A stretch of 63,785 bases of DNA, the filler included, from Octopus bimaculoides (taxonomy: Eukaryota): the NCBI RefSeq assembly GCF_001194135.2. It is 8 parts of 8 records of this genome, joined end to end, with 100 filler letters (N's around TTAATTAATTAA, not from the genome) between each part and the next. Parts side by side here need not be neighbours in the genome. Positions count along the whole stretch, not along the records: positions 21,004 to 43,218 come from NC_068999.1; positions 43,319 to 52,120 come from NC_069008.1; 6 more parts are not named here. The stretch is one strand, 5' to 3'. The notes under the pieces were generated by a model that was not told the DNA's origin, made no database searches, and was given only the letters and a program-made list of their open reading frames with translations. Positions 39,446-51,271 of the stretch are shown here, piece by piece. The first letter of the stretch is position 1, and every line of letters starts with the position of its first letter. Both the position numbers and the translations under genes were made by a program.

Positions 39446-40148
39446 TATTAATTTTTCTTTTTAATGCCTTTATTTCTTTAAGCACATCAACACATTTATT
39501 ACTCTCTGCAAGTACGTTTAACCTTTTATATTCAGAATTATTATTAATTTCACTGTTTATAGATTTTACCTACTTTCTCGTTCATTTAAGTTCTACACAC
39601 TGCGTCAAGAGCTTGTTCGTTCACTTTAATTTCTTCACCCAGATTACTATACGTAGTTCAATTATTCGTTTTTTTTAAAAAAAAATTAGTTATAAGAAAA
39701 TTGACTTTTTCGACTTCAAATGTGATAACACTTTAGTAGGAGGTGCAAAAGTTAATCAAGCATTTCCTGTGGGCGAGTGACTGAGGAAAGGTTGACAGCT
39801 ATACATATACAGTCGATCGAACAATTCAGTTATGTGTCTAAAAGCTAGAAAAAACACTGTCAGTATTTTCACAGCTGAGATTTCTGGATAAAAGTCAAAT
39901 AATGTATGTTTGTTTTTTTTCCTCATTATTATTAATGGCTTAATGATGTATATTATATTATTTAGCCTTCGGATGTATTGATTAAACTTCATGAAATCTC
40001 AATTTAATAATTATGCCTGACATATATACAGCTATGGCAGGACATTCAAGTTTATCATTGATCAAGCAGACGGTAATTATACACACACATTCGGAAGCAT
40101 ATACACACACTGATATGTATATAGAAAAATATGAGTGTGTTCCATTAT

Positions 40149-40535
40149 TCTTTTAATTGTAGAAGTCATTTGACTGCGGCCATGCTGGAGCACTGCCTTC
40201 AAGGATTTTCAGTCGAAAAAATCGGCCCCAGAATTTATTCTTTCTCAGTTTGAAACTTATTCTATCGGTCGAACTTTTGTCGAACCGCTAGTTACGGGGA
40301 CATAAACACACCAGCATCAATTGTCATGCAATGGCAGGGGGACAAACACAGGCACACATAAATACATCCCCCACACAAGCCCGCCCCACGTCTCTCGGTT
40401 TCCGTCTGCCAAATCCACTTGCAACTGCTTGGTCGGCCGGAGACTATAGAATACACTTGCTCAAGTGCCGCGCAGTAGGACTGAACCCGGAACCATGTGG
40501 TTGAGAATCACGGTTCCTATCACAAAGTCACGCCT
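40149..40535 (-). mobile_element. SINE family A
   Basis: AGTCATTTGACTGCGGCCATGCTGGAGCAC...GGACTGAACCCGGAACCATGTGGTTG...CACGCCT. Confidence 0.85.
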
Positions 40536-40538
40536 AAG

Positions 40539-40594
<56 letters not shown>

Positions 40595-41390
40595 GTATAA
40601 AAGATCGTGGGATCTGTAATACGTAAGAGAGAGATTGAGAGATAGTTACATATGTATGTCATTGTTCAGTTTTATTTCAAGATTTCTTGCCAATGGAGAA
40701 AGAACCGGTTTCTAACCTAGATCCATGGCTCCTTCAGTCGAATTTCAACATCAACAACAGCGTATTTTTGTATGCATGTATGTATGTATGTATACAGGTT
40801 TGTATGGTTTGTTTTATGTATGTATTCGCAAGCATATAGTTCCATTTCCAGACATGCTCATATATATTTAACTGATAAACGTCTGGAAAGTTTCACCGAT
40901 TTTTATAGTTCCAGTGATGGATTGGATCTGTAGTCTTCGAATTAGCTTTCTCCTTTCTGGTTTTGAGACACCTAACTTCTTTATATATGTACGTATGTAT
41001 GTATACATGGATGTATCTGACTGTCTATCTATAGAAACATGTGTCTGTGTATTGTGCATGCGATTGTAAGTGTAGTGTGTGTGCTCGTGTTTATGCACGG
41101 AAACTCACAAACAAAAAGAACATAAAGATAGAAATACAAGAAATAAAACCCTTCAACATTTATAAATATACATCAACACATTCAGTGTAGAGAAATGAAT
41201 ACAAATCATGGAAAAAGAAACGCTAAAACAATTTTTTTTCTTTCTGAAGTTCCATGTAAATTAAAGCTTAGCATATTTTTTTAAAGTTTTGAAATTTCGC
41301 AGAATATGTAGATTTAAGGGACACGTTAATGGCCGAATATTGCTGCAGTTTCTACATACACACCGAGACTCATTCAAATACACACACACT

Positions 41391-41463
41391 TATACATACA
41401 GGCTCACTCATATACATACAGGCTCACTCATATACATACAGGCTCACTCATATACATACAGGC
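41391..41463 (+). repeat. 20-nt minisatellite (TATACATACAGGCTCACTCA) x3.6
   Basis: Direct inspection. Confidence 0.95.
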
Positions 41464-41522
41464 ACGCTCTCAATATTGAATGTAAAGTTGTTATTCCTAA
41501 ATCTGTATATATCTATCTGTGC

Positions 41523-41579
<57 letters not shown>

Positions 41580-42097
41580 CACACGTCAGTGGTCGTATTA
41601 TCGAGTATGCAAGAAGATAAGTTGTACACAACGCTTTTGTTATTGAGGCGAAGCATTTTTTTCAAAGTATGGAAATCATATTCGTTACGCTGACATTAAA
41701 CAGTTAACACTTACGAATCGCAGTATACACAAGTTCTGTTGATAATGTAAAATAGATAACTATTATTCGAGGAAAGAAATATGATTATAAGGTAACATTT
41801 TGTCTTGTAGAAAATTCAGACTAAAGCGAACATTTTTAATCTAGAAGTAAATTTGGATATCCACTACGGCTCCACGTGTCTTTTATCTTTTGAATGTATA
41901 TGTTCAACTTACACAGAAGTAGGTCTAGATATCTGGCTTTGAGAAGGCAGTCATTAGGCATCTTGTCTTATATATTGTAACTATGTAATTTTGATATAGA
42001 AGTTACTTTTGATTATTCTTTGTAGTGTATCTATAAAATTACACACGCACACCCACACACAAACCCACACACACACATACACACACACACACGCACG

Positions 42098-42131
<34 letters not shown>

Positions 42132-43179
42132 CATGCTGTATATATTTATGTATATCTGAATGCATATACATGCGCATAGATGTATATGTATCTATGTAGA
42201 TATGTATATATATATCTATGCATGTACAGTACGTTTATACACATATTTACATACGTGTATTCATACATGTACATGTATATATATATATATATCTGCCTCA
42301 TCAGCACATCACAGCACCACACCACCACACCACAACACACCACACATCACCACATGCCAGACCACAGCACCACACCACCTTATGCCACACCACATCACAT
42401 CACACCACATCACACCACCCCCACACACTAACACTGACCACTTCCCAGCACCAACATCATAGCTTCTTTGGCATTTATTTGAATGTCCTTCCAAGGTCCC
42501 CTCTTCGTGCAACTGGGCACCATTCTACCACAGGGTTAATTATTCAAGCTGTCGCTACGACATATTTTCTTGTCGACGTGCTGAAACGATGTGATATATT
42601 GAAGCACACAACGCAACGCCTGTTTCCAGAATCGAACACAGGATGTAACGGTGGCAAGAAAATATCCTCACCAATTAACAACATGAGATGGTTTATCTTG
42701 GTCAGCTAATGAAGAAATGAATACAGTAACACATGTTAATAAATTATATTCTAACGACTACATATTCTAACAGTACAGTAAATATTCAGAACATTCCCTA
42801 GTAGGATATTTGAGAGTCAAAATTACTCTGGGTCCAGGGAACGACATACTGTTAGTAACAAGATATGAAAAGACGAACACCATGCTGGTTGTCTGTGCAT
42901 ATCATTTTCCACGATGCAGCTGTCATAAGTTGTTAATATTACTTTAGTATTATTAATATCCTGTAACTGTGAAGATTACTAAATACACAACATATTAAAT
43001 ATTTTCTAGTTCTTAGCTGAAATAATTGTACAACATTTAGACAGCTAATTCATCTATGAAAATCCTCAACTTTACACTATTTATTTTTCAATCGCTATAA
43101 GCATTTCTATTAGATAAATCAATATCACGTATGTATGTATATATGTATGTATGTGGTTGTATGTATACATATGCATATG

Positions 43180-43218
<39 letters not shown>

Positions 43219-43344
43219 NNNNNNNNNNNNNNNNNNNNNNNNNNNNNNNNNNNNNNNNNNNNTTAATTAATTAANNNNNNNNNNNNNNNNNNNNNNNNNN
43301 NNNNNNNNNNNNNNNNNNCAAACACAGACACAAACATATACGTG

Positions 43345-43560
43345 TGTTTTGCTTGATCCTCCCACCAGCAATCACCGCTTGACAACCGGCGTTGGTTTGT
43401 TTACATCCCAGTAAATTAGCAGTTCGGTAAAAAAAAAAAAGAGACCGATAGAATAATTAGCAGGCCTTAAAAAAAAAAAAAGGACTGGGGTCAATTTGTT
43501 TCAGTCCTTCGAGCCGGTGCTCCAGCATGACCATAGTCTAATGCCTAACGCAGATAAAAA
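43345..43560 (+). mobile_element. SINE family A, 3' half
   Basis: CACCGCTTGACAACCGGCG...GAGACCGATAGAATAA...GGTGCTCCAGCATGACC. Confidence 0.75.
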
Positions 43561-43619
43561 GACTACACACACACATACATACGGTGTGTGTGAATATATA
43601 GATGTGATATATATTTCTT

Positions 43620-43750
43620 AGAAAAATGGCTGCCGGAGTTTGTGATTTACTTTCAGTTTTGTGTAAGTTTACGTAACGGAAATGACAGAGCATTTGCGCG
43701 CGCGCTCACCCTGAAGCACCCGCATACTCGTAATATATTATATAAAGACA
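43620..43750 (+). promoter_or_regulatory. Candidate promoter of the Pro-rich gene
   Basis: Motif cluster in unique CpG-richer DNA: YY1-like AAAATGGCTGCC (43623), ETS-like ACGGAAAT (43676), (GC)5 (43696) and TATATAAAG (43739). Motif-only evidence. Confidence 0.3.
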
Positions 43751-44090
43751 GCCACACCCACGGGACTTCGAATGAACATCTATTCCTTTATTATTTCAAT
43801 CTAAGAAACTCACGGCCCTCGAGCCACCCCACTAACTTTAAAATAAGTATATAGTAAATACACATAATTATATTTGTGTATATACGCATTCATAAGATTA
43901 CCGGGTGTGCTGTGTGTGTGTATTCGTCCAGTATGGTCGCAGCCCTACGATTGAAACCATATATATATATTTTTTTTAAATGGAGAACGACGGTTTATGG
44001 GATTACCTAAGGTTTCCCGTCAATAAACGGTTTAGCTTTATGGCATATAGTCAGATCCCAAAAACCTGTTCACCCATGACCTCTTAAAAA

Positions 44091-44250
44091 TAGGCGTAGT
44101 TGCATAGTTAAGAAGTTTGTCTCCCAACTACATGGTTACGGGATCAATCCAACTGCGTGTAACTTTGGGCAAGTACCATGTGCTATGGCCACAGGCTGAG
44201 CGAAACCTTGTCAGCGGATTTGGCAGTCGGAAACTGAAAGAAGCTCGTTA
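44091..44250 (+). mobile_element. SINE family A head
   Basis: AGGCGTAG...TCCCAACTACATGG...CTTTGGGCAAG...GGAAACTGAAAGAAGCTCGT. Confidence 0.75.
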
Positions 44251-44334
44251 TGTGTGTGTGTGTGGTACGTGGAGACAGTCAAAGAGTGACGAAAGCAATT
44301 AGACAAAAGCAATAATAATAATAATAACAATAAT

Positions 44335-44430
44335 AATAATGATCCTTTCTGCTAAAGGCACAAGGCCATGAAATTTTGGAAGAGAGGACTAGTCGATTAC
44401 ATCAACCCCCAGTGTTTTACTGGTACTTAA
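44335..44430 (-). mobile_element. SINE family B, 3' fragment
   Basis: (AAT)n GATCCTTTCTGCTAAAGGCACAAGGCC...TGGTACTTAA. Confidence 0.7.
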
Positions 44431-44788
44431 TAATTTCTTTATTAAACACAAAAGGCTTACATTAAGAAAAACATGGACAGAATAAGACAAAACAAAGAAT
44501 GTGGGTGTGAGAGTTTTGTATGAATACAAAGGTTCATTTTGGAAAAGAATGACGACCAACTATGTTATGTGTTTAATTGGCAAAATATGACCATCCCTGT
44601 GTAAAGTGATATCGACCTTAACACAACGATTTCACACCAGGAAACTTGCAAAACAAATCATACATGCATATCAGCTAAAACCTTTGTAGACGTCAAACTC
44701 AGGGCGATCCCATAAACTGGGGGCCCTCCCCAATATGTTCACTGCTCTACATCTTAGAATGTGCTTCTCCGGATTTATTCTCTACAAA

Positions 44789-44823
<35 letters not shown>

Positions 44824-45784
44824 NNNNNNNNNNNNNNNNNNNNNNNNNNNNNNNNNNNNNNNNNNNNNNNNNNNNNNNNNNNNNNNNNNNNNNNNNNNNN
44901 NNNNNNNNNNNNNNNNNNNNNNNNNNNNNNNNNNNNNNNNNNNNNNNNNNNNNNNNNNNNNNNNNNNNNNNNNNNNNNNNNNNNNNNNNNNNNNNNNNNN
45001 NNNNNNNNNNNNNNNNNNNNNNNNNNNNNNNNNNNNNNNNNNNNNNNNNNNNNNNNNNNNNNNNNNNNNNNNNNNNNNNNNNNNNNNNNNNNNNNNNNNN
45101 NNNNNNNNNNNNNNNNNNNNNNNNNNNNNNNNNNNNNNNNNNNNNNNNNNNNNNNNNNNNNNNNNNNNNNNNNNNNNNNNNNNNNNNNNNNNNNNNNNNN
45201 NNNNNNNNNNNNNNNNNNNNNNNNNNNNNNNNNNNNNNNNNNNNNNNNNNNNNNNNNNNNNNNNNNNNNNNNNNNNNNNNNNNNNNNNNNNNNNNNNNNN
45301 NNNNNNNNNNNNNNNNNNNNNNNNNNNNNNNNNNNNNNNNNNNNNNNNNNNNNNNNNNNNNNNNNNNNNNNNNNNNNNNNNNNNNNNNNNNNNNNNNNNN
45401 NNNNNNNNNNNNNNNNNNNNNNNNNNNNNNNNNNNNNNNNNNNNNNNNNNNNNNNNNNNNNNNNNNNNNNNNNNNNNNNNNNNNNNNNNNNNNNNNNNNN
45501 NNNNNNNNNNNNNNNNNNNNNNNNNNNNNNNNNNNNNNNNNNNNNNNNNNNNNNNNNNNNNNNNNNNNNNNNNNNNNNNNNNNNNNNNNNNNNNNNNNNN
45601 NNNNNNNNNNNNNNNNNNNNNNNNNNNNNNNNNNNNNNNNNNNNNNNNNNNNNNNNNNNNNNNNNNNNNNNNNNNNNNNNNNNNNNNNNNNNNNNNNNNN
45701 NNNNNNNNNNNNNNNNNNNNNNNNNNNNNNNNNNNNNNNNNNNNNNNNNNNNNNNNNNNNNNNNNNNNNNNNNNNNNNNNNNNN

Positions 45785-45815
<31 letters not shown>

Positions 45816-46443
45816 TATACATACATGCAAAGAAAAAAAAACGAGAGCATTCGTTTCCTCAACGTCACCTTTACTCACCCTAACCATAACTATTTAAATT
45901 ACATATTTTTAAACGATATTCCCCCCATTTGTGCTTTTCAGGATTAGGTCGATGTTTGAATTAGAGAAAATCTGACATTAAATAAATGAATAAATAAAAA
46001 AACAAACTGAAGTGAAAAAATTGTTCAAGTTACAGAAAGTAGTTAAGAAAATTTGGGTCGAGACGATATGAACTCCTCCAAGTGAAAGTAACAAAACTAT
46101 TTACAAGTTAATGAAATATATTACCACGTTACAAATTGGTACTTTACATACTAATATATAAAGTCTATATACATACACTACCTATATTTGTTCAAACATA
46201 ACATAAGCACAACAAACACACACACACATATATACATATGTATATATACATATATATCTATATATATGTATATATATCTCTCTATAAATATATATGTATA
46301 TCTCTCTATATATGTATATGTGNNNNNNNNNNNNNNNNNNNNNNNNNNNNNNNNNNNNNNNNNNNNNNNNNNNNNNNNNNNNNNNNNNNNNNNNNNNNNN
46401 NNNNNNNNNNNNNNNNNNNNNNAAAAACAAATAAACCAGAACA

Positions 46444-46752
46444 ATGAATTCCCCACCCACTTATTCGGAGCATGACCCAAACAAGAGTGCACCTATAATG
46501 GGACCCCCTCCACCCGGAGGAGCATACCCACCTCCTGCTGGTTTCCCACCTACTGGCTACCCACCTGCTGGTCCGCCACCTGCTGGCTACCCACCTGCCG
46601 GCTACCCACCTGCTGGTTACCCACCTGCCGGCTACCCACCTGCTGGTTACCCACCTGCTGGTTACCCACCTGCCGGCTACCCACCTGCCTGTTACCCACC
46701 TGCCGGCTATCCACCTGCAGGGTATCCACCACAGCAGATGCAGCAGCAACAG
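46444..46752 (+). CDS. First coding exon of a Pro/Gly/Tyr-rich protein (PPxY motif, 13 PPAGY-type repeats, poly-Q); family unresolved
   Basis: ACAATG start context, 103 open codons with much higher GC than the background, synonymous variation among the 15-nt units and a phase-0 donor CAG|GTATGT at 46753. Confidence 0.85.
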
Positions 46753-46954
46753 GTATGTTGTTTTCTATTAAGCATTTTCTTATCAGATAAAACTCCTACA
46801 GACATTTCAACTTTTTTTACCCCTAAACACTTCAACTAAACATATCAAGGGGGTGGGCCAAGGATTTTACCTCACTTTATATTCAAACTAGCCAGATCAG
46901 GCTTCTCGCATGTACCCTACAATGCAAATCAAATACAAATACAAAATATATATA

Positions 46955-47036
46955 TTAGGTTGGTGCATAATTATTGCGGCTTTTTTTCAATAAATTTTAT
47001 TCGACAAAAACAATGACAACATTTAACAAACCATTC
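46955..47036 (-). mobile_element. Mariner terminal fragment (Hsmar1/MADE1-like TIR)
   Basis: TA followed by TTAGGTTGGTGCATAATTATTGCGGCTTTT. Confidence 0.7.
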
Positions 47037-47266
47037 TTAACCCTTTCATGACCAACCTAGCTGAAACCACCTCTGGCTCTGTAGTACAAATATCTTGTTT
47101 TCATAAGTTTTGAATTAAAATCTTCCACCAAACCTTAGTCACAATTTCTGTTCCTAACATTAGCTTAATGATAACGAAGTTATTTTACTAAATTCTTTGT
47201 TATATTTAAAATTAATTGAAAGAAACACAGAGCATCTCGACAGAAATACAGTAACAAAAAGGTTAA
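47037..47266. mobile_element. piggyBac-like MITE with TTAA target duplication
   Basis: TTAA|CCCTTTCATGAC...GTAACAAAAAGG|TTAA; 222-bp non-coding body. Confidence 0.7.
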
Positions 47267-47772
47267 AATATATATAATAGGGAAACCATTCTNNNNNNNN
47301 NNNNNNNNNNNNNNNNNNNNNNNNNNNNNNNNNNNNNNNNNNNNNNNNNNNNNNNNNNNNNNNNNNNNNNNNNNNNNNNNNNNNNNNNNNNNNNNNNNNN
47401 NNNNNNNNNNNNNNNNNNNNNNNNNNNNNNNNNNNNNNNNNNNNNNNNNNNNNNNNNNNNNNNNNNNNNNNNNNNNNNNNNNNNNNNNNNNNNNNNNNNN
47501 NNNNNNNNNNNNNNNNNNNNNNNNNNNNNNNNNNNNNNNNNNNNNNNNNNNNNNNNNNNNNNNNNNNNNNNNNNNNNNNNNNNNNNNNNNNNNNNNNNNN
47601 NNNNNNNNNNNNNNNNNNNNNNNNNNNNNNNNNNNNNNNNNNNNNNNNNNNNNNNNNNNNNNNNNNNNNNNNNNNNNNNNNNNNNNNNNNNNNNNNNNNN
47701 NNNNNNNNNNNNNNNNNNNNNNNNNNNNNNNNNNNNNNNNNNNNNNNNNNNNNNNNNNNNNNNNTGTGTGTA

Positions 47773-48058
47773 TATGGCCGATGCCAGCACTGCCTTCACT
47801 GGTTTTCATACCAGTGACACATAAAAAGCACAAACCGATCGTGGTCAATGCCAGCCCCCTCTGGTTCCTGTGCCGGTGGCATGTAAAAAGCACCCACTAC
47901 ACTCTTTGAGTGGTTGGCGTTAGGAAGGGCATCCAGCTGTAGAAGCTCTACCAGATCAGATTGGAGCCTGGTGTAGCCTACAGGCTTCCCAGACCCCAGT
48001 TGAACCGTCCAGCCCATGTGAGCATGGAAAACGGACGTTAAACGATGATGATCATGAT
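47773..48058 (+). mobile_element. RTE-associated short retroposon with a (GAT)n tail
   Basis: GGTGGCATGTAAAAAGCACCCACTACAC...GGTTGGCGTTAGGAAGGGCATCCAGC...GGACGTTAAACGATGATGAT; related copies at 50905-51180 (+) and 52045-52120 (-). Confidence 0.7.
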
Positions 48059-48104
48059 ATATAAATTTCTACTCTGATTCTCTACAATTTCTATTCTGTT
48101 GCAG

Positions 48105-48142
48105 ACCGTTGTGGTACAATCAGGAACTACCATTGTACAAAA
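48105..48142 (+). CDS. Second coding exon (TVVVQSGTTIVQ + AA)
   Basis: Pyrimidine tract with TTGCAG acceptor, 38-nt exon in frame with exon 1 and a consensus donor AA|GTAAGT. Confidence 0.8.
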
Positions 48143-48455
48143 GTAAGTCTCTCTCTCTCTCTCTTGTTTTATCTCTCCCTCTGATCATTTTCCTTTCTCT
48201 TTCTATCCCCCTTCCTCTTTGATTCATTCTCTCCCACCTCTCTTTGCCTCACCTCTGTCTCTACTACCTCCTGCTAATCCTCTTCTTTCTCCCTCACTCT
48301 CTCCTCTTTCTGTCCCTCCCTCTTTCCATCCTTTCCTCTCTATATACACCATTTTGGTGCTTATAAAAAAAAAACAAATGTTTGTTTATATTTATATACA
48401 TGTGGTTACACATTTAGCTTTAAAAGCGTCTAAAAAGCAGATTGATGTGGTAGTG

Positions 48456-48520
48456 GGCTGCTTAGCTTAATGGTAAAGCACTCAGTTGAAGTCTTCAAGA
48501 GATGTTGGTTCAAGTCCATG
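48456..48520 (+). pseudogene. Degenerate tRNA-like sequence (tRNA pseudogene or SINE head)
   Basis: A box TAGCTTAATGG and B box GGTTCAAGTCC with tRNA-like spacing; the acceptor and anticodon stems do not pair well. Confidence 0.4.
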
Positions 48521-48858
48521 ACTGTTTGTTGACAAATTTTTCTGCTTTGTAAGGAAAACATCAAATTTGAGTCAACGATTTTATGTATACCACCATGCCT
48601 CCAAACATTTGATCATATATAAATATTACCATGGCCTTTCAACATATAAAGAATACATATATAAAAAAAATCACAGAAGGTAAATAAAAATACAGATATA
48701 TAGAATGGCATATCAAGAAGGTATAAAAAATCGACTAAAAATTCTAAAGTGTGTCATGCGACTAAAACTCTAAATGAAATAAAATATCAATCGACTAAAA
48801 AAAATTTTCTTTATACATTATATATATATATATTTATATATATTCATTAGAAATGCAG

Positions 48859-49033
48859 AGACGCCTATAATAGGACATCTACTCGCTAGAAATAGCAGCA
48901 AAAATACTACATACCACAAAAGTTAGGGATAATTTCGAAAGGAAATGAAAAATAAAAACTTATCCCTAACTTTTGTGGTATGTAGTATTTTTGCTGCTAT
49001 TTCTAGCGAGTAGATGTCCTATTATAGGCGTCT
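48859..49033. repeat. Perfect 74-bp inverted repeat with a 27-nt spacer, right arm running into a gap
   Basis: 48859-48932 is the exact reverse complement of 48960-49033. Confidence 0.9.
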
Positions 49034-49631
49034 NNNNNNNNNNNNNNNNNNNNNNNNNNNNNNNNNNNNNNNNNNNNNNNNNNNNNNNNNNNNNNNNNNN
49101 NNNNNNNNNNNNNNNNNNNNNNNNNNNNNNNNNNNNNNNNNNNNNNNNNNNNNNNNNNNNNNNNNNNNNNNNNNNNNNNNNNNNNNNCTCCTCCTCCTCC
49201 TCCTCCTCCTCTATCTCTCTCTTATTTTGTGTTTGTTCTTTCCTTTAGCAGAGGTTTTCTGTGTGTGGTTGTGTGTGTGTGTGTGTTTTAACCCTTGTAT
49301 GCATGTATGTCTTTCTCTGTGACTATGTGCATTTTTGATGATGTGTGTGTGTGTGGTGGGTGGTCATCTGTACACGTACACGTATCCATACACATTTGAA
49401 TGTATGTGTTCGTGTGTATGCTTCAAAGTGTAAATGTGTACGTTTTGTATCATATGTGTGTGTCTGTATGTGTGTGTGTGTGTATTTGTTTGTGTGTGTG
49501 TGTATGTAAATGTGCAGTGGTTGTGTGTGTGTGTGTGTGCTGTTCTACAATGCAGAAAGATTTTCCAGATGTGACCATCCCATCTAATATTCAGTATGGT
49601 CAAATGTTCCAGCTTTGACCAGTCTGTGTTT

Positions 49632-50143
49632 TATGATGTCTGACAAAAAATATCTGGACTGATGCTACAAAAATGATAACTTAAATACATATTAATTCAG
49701 CATATAATCCCCTTCGAAATTGTCCCCTTCTGAAGCCAGACCCTTTATCCAGCATCATTTCTAGAGATGAAAACATTCCTGGTGCTCTCTTTTTGGGGAT
49801 AGCAAGCAGTTGCCTCATTGCCTTCTCTTGGACTTCCTTCATGTCTCGAATTCTTGTTCCTTTCATGTGGGATTCCCTTCAAGCCTTTGTTTCGGGATCA
49901 TAGCCATAGACCACCCCAATTAAACACCTATTACGACCCTTTTCTAACAGTTTTCATCTTCCTCATCTCAATCAAAGAGATCCTACACAGCTGAAACCGA
50001 ATCTTGCTTTTCAGACGATCACATTCTGCACAGTTTACTTCCAAGCACTGCCACAAACGACAGAAGCGAGCAAAAACGTTATAATAACTTAATGTGCATG
50101 TGGCACAATGTTTGGGGTCAAACTGTGCCATGTGGTCTCACTC
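49632..50143 (-). mobile_element. Internally deleted mariner transposase pseudogene with TIR
   Basis: Minus-strand VYGYDPETK and KGTRIRDMKEVQEKAMRQLLAIPKK...SEGDNFEGD; TIR-like TATGATGTCTGACAAAAAATATCTGGACTG at 49632. Confidence 0.8.
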
Positions 50144-50597
50144 NNNNNNNNNNNNNNNNNNNNNNNNNNNNNNNNNNNNNNNNNNNNNNNNNNNNNNNNN
50201 NNNNNNNNNNNNNNNNNNNNNNNNNNNNNNNNNNNNNNNNNNNNNNNNNNNNNNNNNNNNNNNNNNNNNNNNNNNNNNNNNNNNNNNNNNNNNNNNNNNN
50301 NNNNNNNNNNNNNNNNNNNNNNNNNNNNNNNNNNNNNNNNNNNNNNNNNNNNNNNNNNNNNNNNNNNNNNNNNNNNNNNNNNNNNNNNNNNNNNNNNNNN
50401 NNNNNNNNNNNNNNNNNNNNNNNNNNNNNNNNNNNNNNNNNNNNNNNNNNNNNNNNNNNNNNNNNNNNNNNNNNNNNNNNNNNNNNNNNNNNNNNNNNNN
50501 NNNNNNNNNNNNNNNNNNNNNNNNNNNNNNNNNNNNNNNNNNNNNNNNNNNNNNNNNNNNNNNNNNNNNNNATATATATATATATATATATATATAT

Positions 50598-50905
50598 CAT
50601 CATCATCATCTTCATCATCATCATCATCCAGTGTTTTATATCTGGGTTTTGTCCCCATTAACCGAGGTGACTGGATCTACCTCAATGCCATAGCAAACAC
50701 CCTCACACCATCTCGCCATCTTGCCCAGTTTTGGGCGTCCTCCCTTCTGAAGCCAACCGTCCCAGTTTCCTCCTCCACCTGTCCCCTCCACATTTTCACT
50801 CGGTCTACCTCACTTTCTCAGTCCATTTACCTCAAACTCTAGCATCCTCTTCACAACATGCTCCTCATCCCTCCTCAACACACACCCATACCACCACAGT
50901 CCATT
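50598..50905 (-). mobile_element. RTE (BovB-like) LINE 3' end with (GAT)n tail
   Basis: LWWYGCVLRRDEEHVVKRMLEFEVNGLRK-GRP, the conserved RTE C-terminus. Confidence 0.8.
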
Positions 50906-51153
50906 TGTCGGTGACACATGAAAGGCACCAGCGCTGGTGACACATGAAAGGCACACGCGCCGGTGGCACATGAAGAGCATACGTGCTAGTGTCATGAAGG
51001 TGGCACCCAGTACACTGTGGGGTGGTTGACATTAGGAAGGGCATCCAGTCATAAAAAAACTGAGCCCTAAACAGACAGGAGCCTGGTGCATTGTTCCAGC
51101 TTACCAGCCCCAGTCAAACCATTTTAACTTTGGTTGAAAAACAGACACTAAAA

Positions 51154-51180
<27 letters not shown>
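50905..51180 (+). mobile_element. RTE-associated short retroposon with ~27-nt internal tandem units
   Basis: (GGTGACACATGAAAGGCAC) repeated, then GGTTGACATTAGGAAGGGCATCCAG. Confidence 0.65.
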
Positions 51181-51186
<6 letters not shown>

Positions 51187-51271
51187 GGTGGTGTATTCAT
51201 CTTCTTTTTCGACCAATTAACTTGAATTTGTAGTTTACATATCTGTTCTTTTTTTTTATTATTATTTTGCT

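Noticed and set aside
40700-40745. Minus-strand CTGAAGG...GAAACCGGT as another hammerhead
   Set aside because: The core A9 is missing and no convincing stem I can be drawn.
46444-46752. Assignment to rhodopsin or annexin A7
   Set aside because: Rhodopsin repeats are C-terminal PPQGY after 7 TM helices; no TM or annexin domain is visible, so no gene symbol is given.
49249-49290. Strong acceptor TTCCTTTAG as exon 3 (NRGFLCVVV...)
   Set aside because: The frame runs straight into a (GT)n microsatellite and a stop, with no good donor.
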